Positions 6,808 through 14,278 of a stretch of 24,000 nt of DNA are shown in pieces (position 1 is the first letter of the stretch; each line of letters opens with the position of its first letter). This DNA comes from Ruegeria phage vB_RpoS-V10. Position numbers and translations under genes: made by a program. The stretch lies in sequence record MH015255.1; one strand, 5' to 3'. The notes below the pieces were generated by a model that was given only the letters and a program-made list of their open reading frames with translations, had not been told where the DNA came from and made no database searches.

Positions 6808-6972
6808 GTGTCTCTCACCGAGGGATCGGCGAAATGTTAGTGTAACGGGAGCACGGCCCCCTGAAAGGGGCAGGATCGGTTCGACTCCGACTAAGTGTTA
6901 GTCAATGGCGATCTGCAGGTCGCTACACTGTGAGGGATTAATTACCCCTTCCGATCTTTCTGTGAGAGACAC
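6808..6972 (+). ncRNA. Candidate structured RNA closed by an 11-bp helix, containing a T-arm-like element
   Basis: GTGTCTCTCAC (6808-6818) is the exact reverse complement of GTGAGAGACAC (6962-6972); internal GATCGG/CCGATC, GACTAA-GTG-TTAGTC and GCGA/TCGC helices. Confidence 0.5.
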
Positions 6973-6977
6973 TATGT

Positions 6978-7051
6978 GGGGCGGTACGCGAAAGTTCAGC
7001 GGCACGTGTTGAGGCGTGTGTATGCAGGTTAAAGTCCTGCCTGCCCTACCA
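6978..7051 (+). tRNA. Divergent tRNA-like element, anticodon uncertain
   Basis: GGGGCGG/CTGCCCT acceptor, GCAGG-TTAAAGT-CCTGC T-arm, A + CCA; 8-nt anticodon-position loop TGTTGAGG. Confidence 0.5.
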
Positions 7052-7057
7052 GTTTTT

Positions 7058-7132
7058 GGCGACGTAGCTCAGCGGTAGAGCGCTTGGCTCATAACCGAGT
7101 GGTCGGTGGTTCGATCCCACCCGTCGCCACCA
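7058..7132 (+). tRNA. tRNA-Met/Ile2(CAT), elongator-like
   Basis: GGCGACG/CGTCGCC, loop CTCATAA, canonical T-arm, CCA. Confidence 0.92.
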
Positions 7133-7205
7133 ATTTTCGGGTCTGTTAGGTGGAAAGCCTGCAGAGTAATGTGTTCTCCGAGTCGACGAGAGGACACGCC
7201 CATAT

Positions 7206-7281
7206 CAGGGTGTAGCTCAGTAGGTAGAGTGCCGGTTTTGGAAACCGGAGGTCGTGGGATCGTGACCCACCACCCTGACCA
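7206..7281 (+). tRNA. tRNA-Pro(TGG)
   Basis: CAGGGTG/CACCCTG, loop TTTGGAA, CCA; T-loop ATCGTGA is atypical. Confidence 0.85.
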
Positions 7282-7316
7282 ATCACGTCCTACGTTCGTG
7301 GGACCAATCCACAAGA

Positions 7317-7392
7317 CAGGGTATAGCTTAGTTGGTAAAGTGCTCCCCTCGGACGGGAGAGAGCGCAGGTTCGAGACCTGCTACCCTGACCA
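7317..7392 (+). tRNA. tRNA-Pro(CGG)
   Basis: CAGGGTA/TACCCTG, loop CTCGGAC, CCA. Confidence 0.9.
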
Positions 7393-7821
7393 ATCCAGAA
7401 TAGACCGGGACGCCTATGGAGCTGTGAAAGGCACTAAGCGCATCTTCTGAGCCGAGATATACGGCTACGATCAGGGGATACCCTGAAAATCGGTTGTTTT
7501 TAGGAAGCACCACGGCGCGGTCGCGTTGAAACTCCGGTGGAACTAAGGGGTCGTGCCCGGAATGCCTTAGGAGTGTAGAAACGCGGTCGTGGTGTAACCA
7601 AACCAGATCAAACGCGTCACGAGCGGGAGGTCTGGGTCAATCAGTGGGCTGCAACTGCCAACCCGAAAGGGAGGTGGGGGACACAAAGCGTCGCCCTGAC
7701 AAAGCGCAGCACAATTCAGATAGCGCGGGGAAGCACCGCGTGAACAAGGGACGGGGATCAACGTGAGGGGTACACCCGAGCGCCCGTTCCGCCCAAGTTT
7801 CGGCTGAAAAGCCGTCCGACT

Positions 7822-7897
7822 TGCGGGATAGAGCAGAGGTCAGCTCGCCATCCTCATAAGGTGGAGGTCGTCGGTTCGAATCCGGCTCCCGCAACCA
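7822..7897 (+). tRNA. tRNA-fMet(CAT), initiator-like
   Basis: TGCGGGA...TCCCGCA with 5' T opposite A, GAGCAG...AGCTCG D-arm, CTCATAA loop and GTCGGTTCGAATCCGGC T-arm. Confidence 0.88.
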
Positions 7898-7900
7898 ATA

Positions 7901-7973
7901 CCTCGATATAGTGTAAGGGAACAAACACCGGCGCATAAGTCGGAGGAGTCCGGTTCGAGTCCGGCTGTCGAGG
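7901..7973 (+). tRNA. Aberrant tRNA-like element (CAT-like, 6-nt anticodon loop, no encoded CCA)
   Basis: CCTCGATA/TGTCGAGG acceptor, GTGT/ACAC D-stem, CCGGC-GCATAA-GTCGG hairpin, TTCGAGT T-loop. Confidence 0.55.
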
Positions 7974-7982
7974 TTATCATAT

Positions 7983-8040
7983 CGCCGCGTGGTCCAAGGG
8001 GGTCAGTGCACCACAGGTTCAACTCCTGTCGCGGCGTCCA
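7983..8040 (+). tRNA. Truncated 58-nt tRNA-like element lacking a canonical anticodon arm
   Basis: CGCCGCG/CGCGGCG acceptor, ACAGG-TTCAACT-CCTGT T-arm, T + CCA, but only 23 nt between them. Confidence 0.6.
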
Positions 8041-9027
8041 TTATCGTCATGCAACTGACGCGGGCGACCGGGAGTGGGAGCATTGCTCGACCATAACGGT
8101 ACAACTGCCCAAATATTCACTGTGTCACAGAAAGTGGCTTGACAATGTCAGCCTGCGTGACTAAGTGTACGAAATGCCTTCGGGCATAGGGCCGTATGAG
8201 GTCCTTGAGGATAGCTTCGGGTAACCGGGGCAAAAGGCTCTCTCCCAACGGGGGCCACTGAGAAATCAGCCCATTCATGCAAGCCTAGATCGTCGTCGCC
8301 GGGTAACCGTAGCGTCGAGCGGACCTCCCTAAGGTTCGATAGGTGGTAAATCTGGGTGCAAGGTCCGAAAGGATAAGGGAAGCCTCAAAAGGGCGGATCG
8401 AATGGGTTTGGCGACTCAACCATGCACATGCCAACCGGATGAACACCAATGATCAATAGGTAGACCGAAGTTCGACCGTTCGCGCGGAAGGGCAGTTGGT
8501 CAGTGCAAACGAAGCAGGCCCGACAAGGGCCGAAAACGTGAAGCATCGTGGAGTAGCTCGCAAGGCGAAAGACATTGAGGTGTGTTGTATTCTGGGCCTA
8601 ACAAGGTTTGGAGCGACCGTGCCAGCACGTCTCTGGGAAAACACAATGTCTGCAAGGACGTTTGATTTAGGATCAAATCTAGTGAAGCAAAAGACTGGCA
8701 CGGTGCCGTGAGAAAGGTGGTTAATTCCGGAGGGCTTGCCCAATCCGGAGCGCAGTAGGCCGCAAGCTGAATGCGTTCGTTCAAGACCAAGACGTAGACC
8801 CTTAGCGGGGTCGAGCTGCTCGCAAGGCAGGCGTGGCGAGAAAGGATGAGTATCACGGCGCGACATGGGAACAGCCTCCCATTCAAAAAGGCACCGCTGA
8901 TGGAATACGTGGAGAGGGTCAAACCGCCACGTGGATACGGCCCAACGAAGCTCGCAAGGCTCCGGTACAGGCATCCAAAGGTCCATCGGTCTCGGGCATA
9001 ATCTCAGCCCATGACAACGCTAACTAC
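8041..9027 (+). ncRNA. Candidate large ornate noncoding RNA (GOLLD/ROOL-like or new class; boundaries approximate)
   Basis: ~0.9-1 kb without a credible ORF, rich in local stems capped by UUCG/GNRA-type loops, embedded in a tRNA/tmRNA array. No homology search was possible. Confidence 0.5.
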
Positions 9028-9100
9028 GCCCCGGTCGTCTAATTGAGGACGTTTCCCTTGGGGGGAAAAGATGCAGGTATCAAGCCCTGCCTGAGGCTCC
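9028..9100 (+). tRNA. Divergent tRNA-like element (possible Pro TGG)
   Basis: GCCCCGG/CTGAGGC (one mismatch), TCGTCTAATTGAGGACG D-arm, TTTCC...GGAAA anticodon stem, GCAGG/CCTGC T-stem, TCCA end. Confidence 0.5.
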
Positions 9101-9195
9101 AATAACCGAGTTTCACCATGAGACCATTCGTCAAACATGAGTACCGCACGGGAAAATAATGGCGGGCGAGTGATCTCTTGGTGGCACTTGTGCCA

Positions 9196-9266
9196 CAAAG
9201 ACGCACGTATATCTTCAGACTTGAAGACACTTCTGGACTCGGGGGCGGTACCCGACGGCTCCACCA
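9196..9266 (+). ncRNA. ssrA: tmRNA acceptor piece (5' boundary approximate)
   Basis: TTCTGGACTCGGG...CCCGA CGGCTCC-A-CCA; CGGCTCC pairs 7/7 with GGGGCCG at 9378-9384, forming a G3-U70 pair with A73. Confidence 0.8.
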
Positions 9267-9377
9267 AAAGCTCCCTCAGGGAGAGACACTTACGCTCAGG
9301 TCGGCTCTCTCCTGACCACGAGAAGAGGCTGGTACCCCACGCAGGGGTGGCTGGCGGTGCCTGAGGAAGCTTTTGAT
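9267..9377 (+). ncRNA. tmRNA intervening segment of the permuted precursor
   Basis: Closed by AAAAGCT-C-CCTCAGG (9266-9280) pairing with CCTGAGG-A-AGCTTTT (9360-9374). Confidence 0.75.
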
Positions 9378-9580
9378 GGGGCCGAAATAGGATCGACAGG
9401 GTGAATAGGGAAAGAGGCGTGTCGACAGATGTCCCATCGTATCGGGCATAAAATTGTAAGTGCAAACATCAACAACGCACCTATGGAGATGGCAATCGCT
9501 GCCTGAGCCTAACGGCTCTAGCGAACGCTAGTCTTTAGTGGGGTTCGCCGGGTTCCTTGCAACAGAATACCCGTGCACCA
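9378..9580 (+). ncRNA. ssrA: tmRNA coding piece, tag ANINNAPMEMAIAA* (3' boundary approximate)
   Basis: GGGGCCGAAATAGGATCGACAGGG 5' end; resume codon GCA at 9462; tag frame 9462-9506 ending GCT GCC TGA. Confidence 0.85.
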
Positions 9581-9602
9581 ATTCAGATTTGGACCGACCC
9601 TT

Positions 9603-9697
9603 CCGGTAGCTCGGGAGGTGTTCTTGTCCAGAGGGGGCGCTGCACCTGAACCGCAGCCGCATACCCAGATGCGAGAGGGATCGCTCCTACTGGACCA
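9603..9697 (+). other. Weak tRNA-like element
   Basis: CCGGTAG/CTACTGG potential acceptor, discriminator A and CCA, but no normal internal arms. Confidence 0.25.
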
Positions 9698-10071
9698 ATT
9701 CAAATACACCGACCTGTAATCAACGACGGGTTGGATGTCCGAGCATCTGACGGGCTTGCAGGTGTGAGGTGATGGGTGACAGCTTCCCACAATTGCTGCT
9801 CTTGCCCCGTGGAACGCTGATCAAACCCGACACAACGAAATGGTGTCTCCGGAAGACGGTAACCGGACCTAATTCCTCTGACGGGTCTCGCTGCTGACCT
9901 CATGTTTGAAACCGCCTGCAACTGGCTTACGCCGCACGGGTTATCCGCAGTGCCGCCAAGCCGACCGCATGTTTGCGACCTAGAAAACAGAAAACACGAG
10001 CTGACGGTTCCGCGCATGGTCCTGAATAGTGAGAACCGCGCACCTCTTTCACCCGACGAAAGGAGACTGCA

Positions 10072-11085
10072 ATGACCACTGAAATCTTCCGCTGCGTCGC
10101 TGGCTCCCGCCTGTTCGGGACCGCAACCGCGCAGTCCGACACCGACTACAAATCGGTGTTCATCCCTTCTGCACGTGACATCCTCATGGGGAACACGATG
10201 CAGGCCAAACAGACATCCACAGGAGACAACAAAGCCGCTAACGCGGCCATTGACGTCGACTGTACCTCTTTCTCGCTGCAGCGCTATCTCAGCCTGCTTG
10301 GAAAGATGGAAACCAACGCCATTGAAATGCTCTTCGCCCCCAACTTGGTGGACGACTGGGCAGCAGCGCCGATGAAGATGATCTACAATGATCGCTTCAA
10401 GATCATGACCGACAACAAGGACGCCTTCGTAGGGTTCGGGAAGTCGCAGGCAATGCGTTATGCTGTACGCGGGGACCGGCTCGACACGCTGGTCGCTGTC
10501 GTCGCACGGCTCAAGGAAATGGACCCACACCGCCCAATTGCACAGCAGCTCGGCGGGACGGATAAGTTCTGGATGCCAGACGCAATCCCCAACCTTGTCA
10601 TCTACGACAAGCGCGACGAAGTCCGTGATCCGGCGAGCGGGCGGCGCGACAGCACTCCGTACATGAGCGTCTTCGGACGTGAAGTACCGCTGACAGCGCG
10701 TCCCGGTGAAGCCATCAAGGTGTACCAGAAGCCCATCGACGAGGCAGGAAAGCGCACCAAGGCGTCAGCCGCTACAGGTGGGCCGGACTGGAAGGGGCTG
10801 TACCACGCGCAGCGCATCGTTGACGAAGGTATCGAGCTGTTCTCCACAGGGGAGCTTTTGTTCCCATGCCAGAACAAGGACGCGTACATCGCGATCCGGA
10901 CTGGACAGATGGAACTGGAAGATGTGCTGTTGCAGTTCGAGGACTCCTTGGCACAGCTTGAAGAATTGACTCCTATCCGGGAATTCCGGGAAGGCACAGA
11001 TGAAGACTGGGGCAACGAGCTTGTCATGGCCTTCCACGAACAGAAGGTTGTCGACGCGTACCACGCTTGGCGCGAGACAACCTGA
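10072..11085 (+). CDS. Predicted nucleotidyltransferase of the RlaP / RNA-repair-associated pol beta-like superfamily
   Basis: N-terminal GSRLFGTATAQSDTDYKSVFI matches the GS...DxD nucleotidyltransferase signature; AGGAG RBS. Confidence 0.8.
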   Translation: MTTEIFRCVAGSRLFGTATAQSDTDYKSVFIPSARDILMGNTMQAKQTSTGDNKAANAAIDVDCTSFSLQRYLSLLGKMETNAIEMLFAPNLVDDWAAAPMKMIYNDRFKIMTDNKDAFVGFGKSQAMRYAVRGDRLDTLVAVVARLKEMDPHRPIAQQLGGTDKFWMPDAIPNLVIYDKRDEVRDPASGRRDSTPYMSVFGREVPLTARPGEAIKVYQKPIDEAGKRTKASAATGGPDWKGLYHAQRIVDEGIELFSTGELLFPCQNKDAYIAIRTGQMELEDVLLQFEDSLAQLEELTPIREFREGTDEDWGNELVMAFHEQKVVDAYHAWRETT

Positions 11086-11275
11086 ACGACCTCTTGCATC
11101 CTCTAAAACAACTGCAATCCCAACCGAACAGATAAGCCCGGTCACCCAGTGGTCACCCGGCGCGAGGAATAGGAAGGGGGCTAGATCACAGCTTAGGCGG
11201 GGGACCTCGACGCCCCGGACAGTGATCAATCGAGGATTAGGGCGACGCCACCTAACAGGTACGCGTCGTTCTCAT

Positions 11276-11362
11276 GGGAGGGTTCAGCCACAGGTCGTGG
11301 TAGGTGGGTTGTAACCCCACTCCGGGTTTCCGGGCGCAGTTCGATTCTGCACTCTCCCACCA
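11276..11362 (+). tRNA. tRNA-Tyr(GTA)
   Basis: GGGAGGG/CTCTCCC, GTGGG-TTGTAAC-CCCAC, long variable arm, CCA. Confidence 0.88.
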
Positions 11363-11488
11363 TATTCCTATCATCCGCCGAAGCAGCTCACGCCTGTTCC
11401 CGTTAAACCCGGTTAGGCTACGCAGGCTCCTTCAATGGGAATACCGGGTTCGCCCTCGGTGGATGTTACGAGTGTGGTTTAGAATTCA

Positions 11489-11561
11489 GGGCCGGTGAGC
11501 TTGGGATAGCATGTGCACAATTGCGGGTTCGATTCCCGTTCGATTCCCGTCCGGTCCACCA
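11489..11561 (+). tRNA. Aberrant tRNA-like element with Ala identity features and an 11-nt duplication
   Basis: GGGCCGG/CCGGTCC (G3-U70), A73, CCA; TTCGATTCCCG occurs twice in tandem; anticodon arm poorly formed. Confidence 0.5.
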
Positions 11562-11564
11562 TAT

Positions 11565-11648
11565 TGGGGGTATAGCACTTGGCGGTGTGGGTTCTGCGCA
11601 AGACCCGATGCATACGCGTCTTAGGCTCGATTCCTTTGCCCCCATCCA
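11565..11648 (+). tRNA. Divergent class II tRNA-like element (Leu-like?), anticodon uncertain
   Basis: TGGGGGT/GCCCCCA, GGGTT...GACCC with 8-nt loop CTGCGCAA, variable arm GATGC/GCGTC, TCCA end. Confidence 0.5.
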
Positions 11649-11722
11649 AACCACCCGAATGTCACGCAAACTTGCATGATATTAAAAAATGTGGCATAGT
11701 CCACGACAAAATTGAGGCCCAA

Positions 11723-12097
11723 ATGCCATACAGTGTCGACACCCTTTCATATTTCGTTATCGACGGTGACGAGACCAATGCAGGAGCGCGGGCTTTCCTT
11801 CGCGACACGCATATGGTCGTGATCGATGGTGCCGAAGTCGGTACAGCAGGGCTGCGCCAGTTCCTCAAGGACTCACGTTTTCGGATTATTTCCGGTGGCC
11901 CGAGCAAGCAGGCATACGAAAGCATCCTCTACACATCCATGTTTGCCATCACAGGCCGCGGAAGTATTGGGGAATGTTCCCTCGCGCAGCATGCGGTGTT
12001 CGCTATCGAAGGAAATTCACCCGCAGGCGGACCACTTCCGGTCCGCTCCACATCATTCTTTACAATTGAGGACGTTCCTCAGGAGGCCGCACCATGA
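11723..12097 (+). CDS. Hypothetical protein, 124 aa
   Basis: MPYSVDTLSYFVIDGDETNAG...; stop overlaps the next start (ATGA). Confidence 0.7.
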   Translation: MPYSVDTLSYFVIDGDETNAGARAFLRDTHMVVIDGAEVGTAGLRQFLKDSRFRIISGGPSKQAYESILYTSMFAITGRGSIGECSLAQHAVFAIEGNSPAGGPLPVRSTSFFTIEDVPQEAAP

Positions 12098-13059
12098 GCA
12101 TTCTTCGCATCGTCACCGGACCAGCAGACGTTGGCGTTGGCGGGTACATCTGGGACACCATCACGGGGGGCGTATTCGATAATAAGCGCGTCGAGGGAGC
12201 CTTCAAGATTGGCATCGGGGCCGCGCTTTCTGTTACAAATGATGCTCCTTCTGGCACCGAGACGTGGTATCACTTTCGGTACGCTCAGAATGAGAACACC
12301 GACATCAACCTCGACTCTCGCTGTGTCATCATCAAGGATGTGAACAGCAACGACATCGCGTATATCGATGTTGTGGATGCAAAGCTCCGGATGACCGCCG
12401 TCGGTGACACATCATCTGCGACCGGAACCCAGTCAATTGCAGAATTCACGGCGTACTCAATCGACCTCCACGTGATCGTTTCGTCGACAGTCACAGTGCG
12501 CTGGTACATCAATGGTGCTCTCTATGGGGAGCAGACTGTAGCAAACGTAGGGACAACCACTCGTGGCGTGGCGCGCAGCATCACCTTCCAGTGGACTGAC
12601 TCAGCAGATCAGATGTATATGTCAGAACTGATCATCGCGGACGAGGATACACGTGGTATGCGTGTTCGGGAACTCCGCCCGAAGTCCTTCGGCATCTTTC
12701 AGGAATGGGATGGGTCCATCAGCGCTCTGCGGGACACTGACCTTGCAACAGGCATCTCAACAGCCGTCGCAGATCGTCGCGTCAGCTTCGGTATCACGAA
12801 CATCGAGAATGTACAGCCGGGGGACGTAATCAACCGCGTCGTCGCGCAGACATTCGCGCAGAAGGGTGAGACGGGGCTGTCCGCGTTCAACCACTTCTTC
12901 CGGCATAAGAATGGCAACGTCTCAGACGGATCAGACCAGACGCTTTCGGTTCTCGGCGGGTTCTTCCTTGAAGAGTTTACCACAAATCCGGACACGGCTG
13001 CGGCTTGGCAGCCCGAGGATTTCTCGTCCCTGCAGTCAGGCGTACGCTCCCGCCCATAA
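12094..13059 (+). CDS. Probable virion-associated protein, 321 aa, lectin/LamG-like beta-rich fold suspected
   Basis: Long ORF, beta-rich composition (TVTVRWYINGALYGEQTV); structural role inferred only. Confidence 0.7.
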   Translation: MSILRIVTGPADVGVGGYIWDTITGGVFDNKRVEGAFKIGIGAALSVTNDAPSGTETWYHFRYAQNENTDINLDSRCVIIKDVNSNDIAYIDVVDAKLRMTAVGDTSSATGTQSIAEFTAYSIDLHVIVSSTVTVRWYINGALYGEQTVANVGTTTRGVARSITFQWTDSADQMYMSELIIADEDTRGMRVRELRPKSFGIFQEWDGSISALRDTDLATGISTAVADRRVSFGITNIENVQPGDVINRVVAQTFAQKGETGLSAFNHFFRHKNGNVSDGSDQTLSVLGGFFLEEFTTNPDTAAAWQPEDFSSLQSGVRSRP

Positions 13060-13090
13060 GTCATTTTTTCTGACCGTTGTGTCATTGTGC

Positions 13091-13119
13091 TTGACATTGC
13101 TTGCAAGCTTTGTCATTGA
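13091..13119 (+). promoter_or_regulatory. Promoter-like TTGACA element upstream of the methyltransferase-like ORF
   Basis: TGACCGTTGTGTCATTGTGCTTGACATTGC...TTTGTCATTGATAC. Confidence 0.5.
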
Positions 13120-13148
13120 TACTGACACAACGGAAAGAAAGAGGCCTC

Positions 13149-13778
13149 ATGGGAAAGCGCTCAGACTTCGAACGCGTCGAACGCGATTACTACCAGACGC
13201 CGATTGAGGCCACAAAGCCTCTTCTCCCTTTCCTTCCGAACGGTAAGTTCACCTTCGCCGAGCCGTGTGCTGGCGACGGGCGTCTTGTCCGCCACGTGCG
13301 CCAGTTGACCAATAATCGGGCACAGTGCTTGGCTGCGACAGACATTGAACCCGACGCTGATTGGGTGAGCGAATTCGATGCGCTGCAGGTTGGAGAAGAA
13401 TACCTCCGCGGCGTTGACATGATCATCACCAACCCGCCATGGGACCGGCGCAAGAGCAGTGGGTACATCCTTCATCGGATGATCACGATTTTCTCGGACA
13501 AGCGGCCTACATGGCTCCTGTTCGATAGCGACTGGGTCCAGACGGTTCAGGCGCGCCCTTACATGGATCGCCTCGTGGCGACGGTGTCTATCGGGCGCGT
13601 AAAGTGGATCGAAGGATCAACCATGACGGGCAAGGATAACTGCCAGTGGCACTTGTTCCACAAGGATGCGAGGTCGATCACACCAGCACCTGTCATGTTC
13701 GGACGTAATGTACCGCCGTACGACGGGTTCGTTGAGAGCTACAACGCGGCGGCACCAGAGGTAAGGATCGCAGCATGA
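13149..13778 (+). CDS. Putative DNA N6-adenine methyltransferase-like protein, 209 aa
   Basis: FAEPCAGDGRLV (SAM-binding motif I-like) and MIITNPPWD (motif IV NPPW). Confidence 0.75.
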   Translation: MGKRSDFERVERDYYQTPIEATKPLLPFLPNGKFTFAEPCAGDGRLVRHVRQLTNNRAQCLAATDIEPDADWVSEFDALQVGEEYLRGVDMIITNPPWDRRKSSGYILHRMITIFSDKRPTWLLFDSDWVQTVQARPYMDRLVATVSIGRVKWIEGSTMTGKDNCQWHLFHKDARSITPAPVMFGRNVPPYDGFVESYNAAAPEVRIAA

Positions 13779-13954
13779 TCATCGATGATCGCGACTGGTC
13801 TGTAGACCACAACGGCTCTGAGGTGCTGTTCATGTTCGACGCTAACGCGTCAGAGACATTCGACCCGACAGACGCTGTCGAGGTTGTGATTGTCGGGGGT
13901 TTGTTCAAGAAGCTCTCCCCCGGAGACAAGATTACGTTCACCTTCAACGGGTGA
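13775..13954 (+). CDS. Hypothetical protein, 59 aa
   Basis: ATGA overlap with the upstream stop; MIIDDRDWSVDHNGSEVLFMFDANASETFDPTDAVEVVIVGG...; below the ORF-track length cutoff. Confidence 0.6.
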   Translation: MIIDDRDWSVDHNGSEVLFMFDANASETFDPTDAVEVVIVGGLFKKLSPGDKITFTFNG

Positions 13955-13958
13955 ATGT

Positions 13959-14034
13959 GCCCGGTTAGCTCAGCGGTAGAGCTTCGCCTTTACACGGCGA
14001 GTAAGCGGCGGTTCGATCCCGCCACTGGGTACCA
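13959..14034 (+). tRNA. tRNA-Val(TAC)
   Basis: GCCCGGT/ACTGGGT, loop TTTACAC, CCA. Confidence 0.9.
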
Positions 14035-14067
14035 ACAACCGACCAATGCAGTTGCAAAGGTCATCAT

Positions 14068-14142
14068 AGGGGTGAAGGAAACCGGTAATCCACGGGCCTC
14101 CAAAACCTTGAGAACGGGGTTCGATTCCCCGCACCCCTGCCA
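14068..14142 (+). tRNA. tRNA-Trp(CCA), irregular anticodon stem
   Basis: AGGGGTG/CACCCCT, CTCCAAA in the anticodon region, CGGGG-TTCGATT-CCCCG T-arm, G + CCA. Confidence 0.75.
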
Positions 14143-14147
14143 ATAAC

Positions 14148-14222
14148 GGTCCCTTAGCTCAGCGGTAGAGCGTCTGGTCGACATCCAGAAGGTCACTGGT
14201 TCAATCCCAGTAGGGTCCACCA
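14148..14222 (+). tRNA. tRNA-Val(GAC)
   Basis: Loop TCGACAT, canonical D- and T-arms, CCA; one T-T mismatch in the acceptor. Confidence 0.88.
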
Positions 14223-14278
14223 ACACGGGAGTAGGCAATAAACTGAAATGCGGACTTTGCCAGCCGCAACCCAATAAG

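Noticed and set aside
8500-8986. ORFs on either strand within the putative large RNA (140 aa and 177 aa minus, 71 aa plus)
   Set aside because: No RBS, low protein-like character, mutually overlapping frames and embedded in stem-loop-rich sequence.
8041-9027. Group I/II intron, RNase P RNA or rRNA fragment as explanation for the non-coding block
   Set aside because: I could not recognise a domain V hairpin, the P7/G-binding core, RNase P CR-I/CR-V signatures or an intron-encoded protein. This is not excluded computationally, and a covariance scan should settle it.
9137-9364. 75-aa + strand ORF MSTARENNGGRVISWW...
   Set aside because: It runs through the tmRNA acceptor piece and spacer; the RNA explanation has much stronger base-pairing support.
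9700-10530. 276-aa minus-strand ORF
   Set aside because: Overlaps the confident + strand nucleotidyltransferase and non-coding sequence; high-GC antisense frame with no RBS or recognisable domain.
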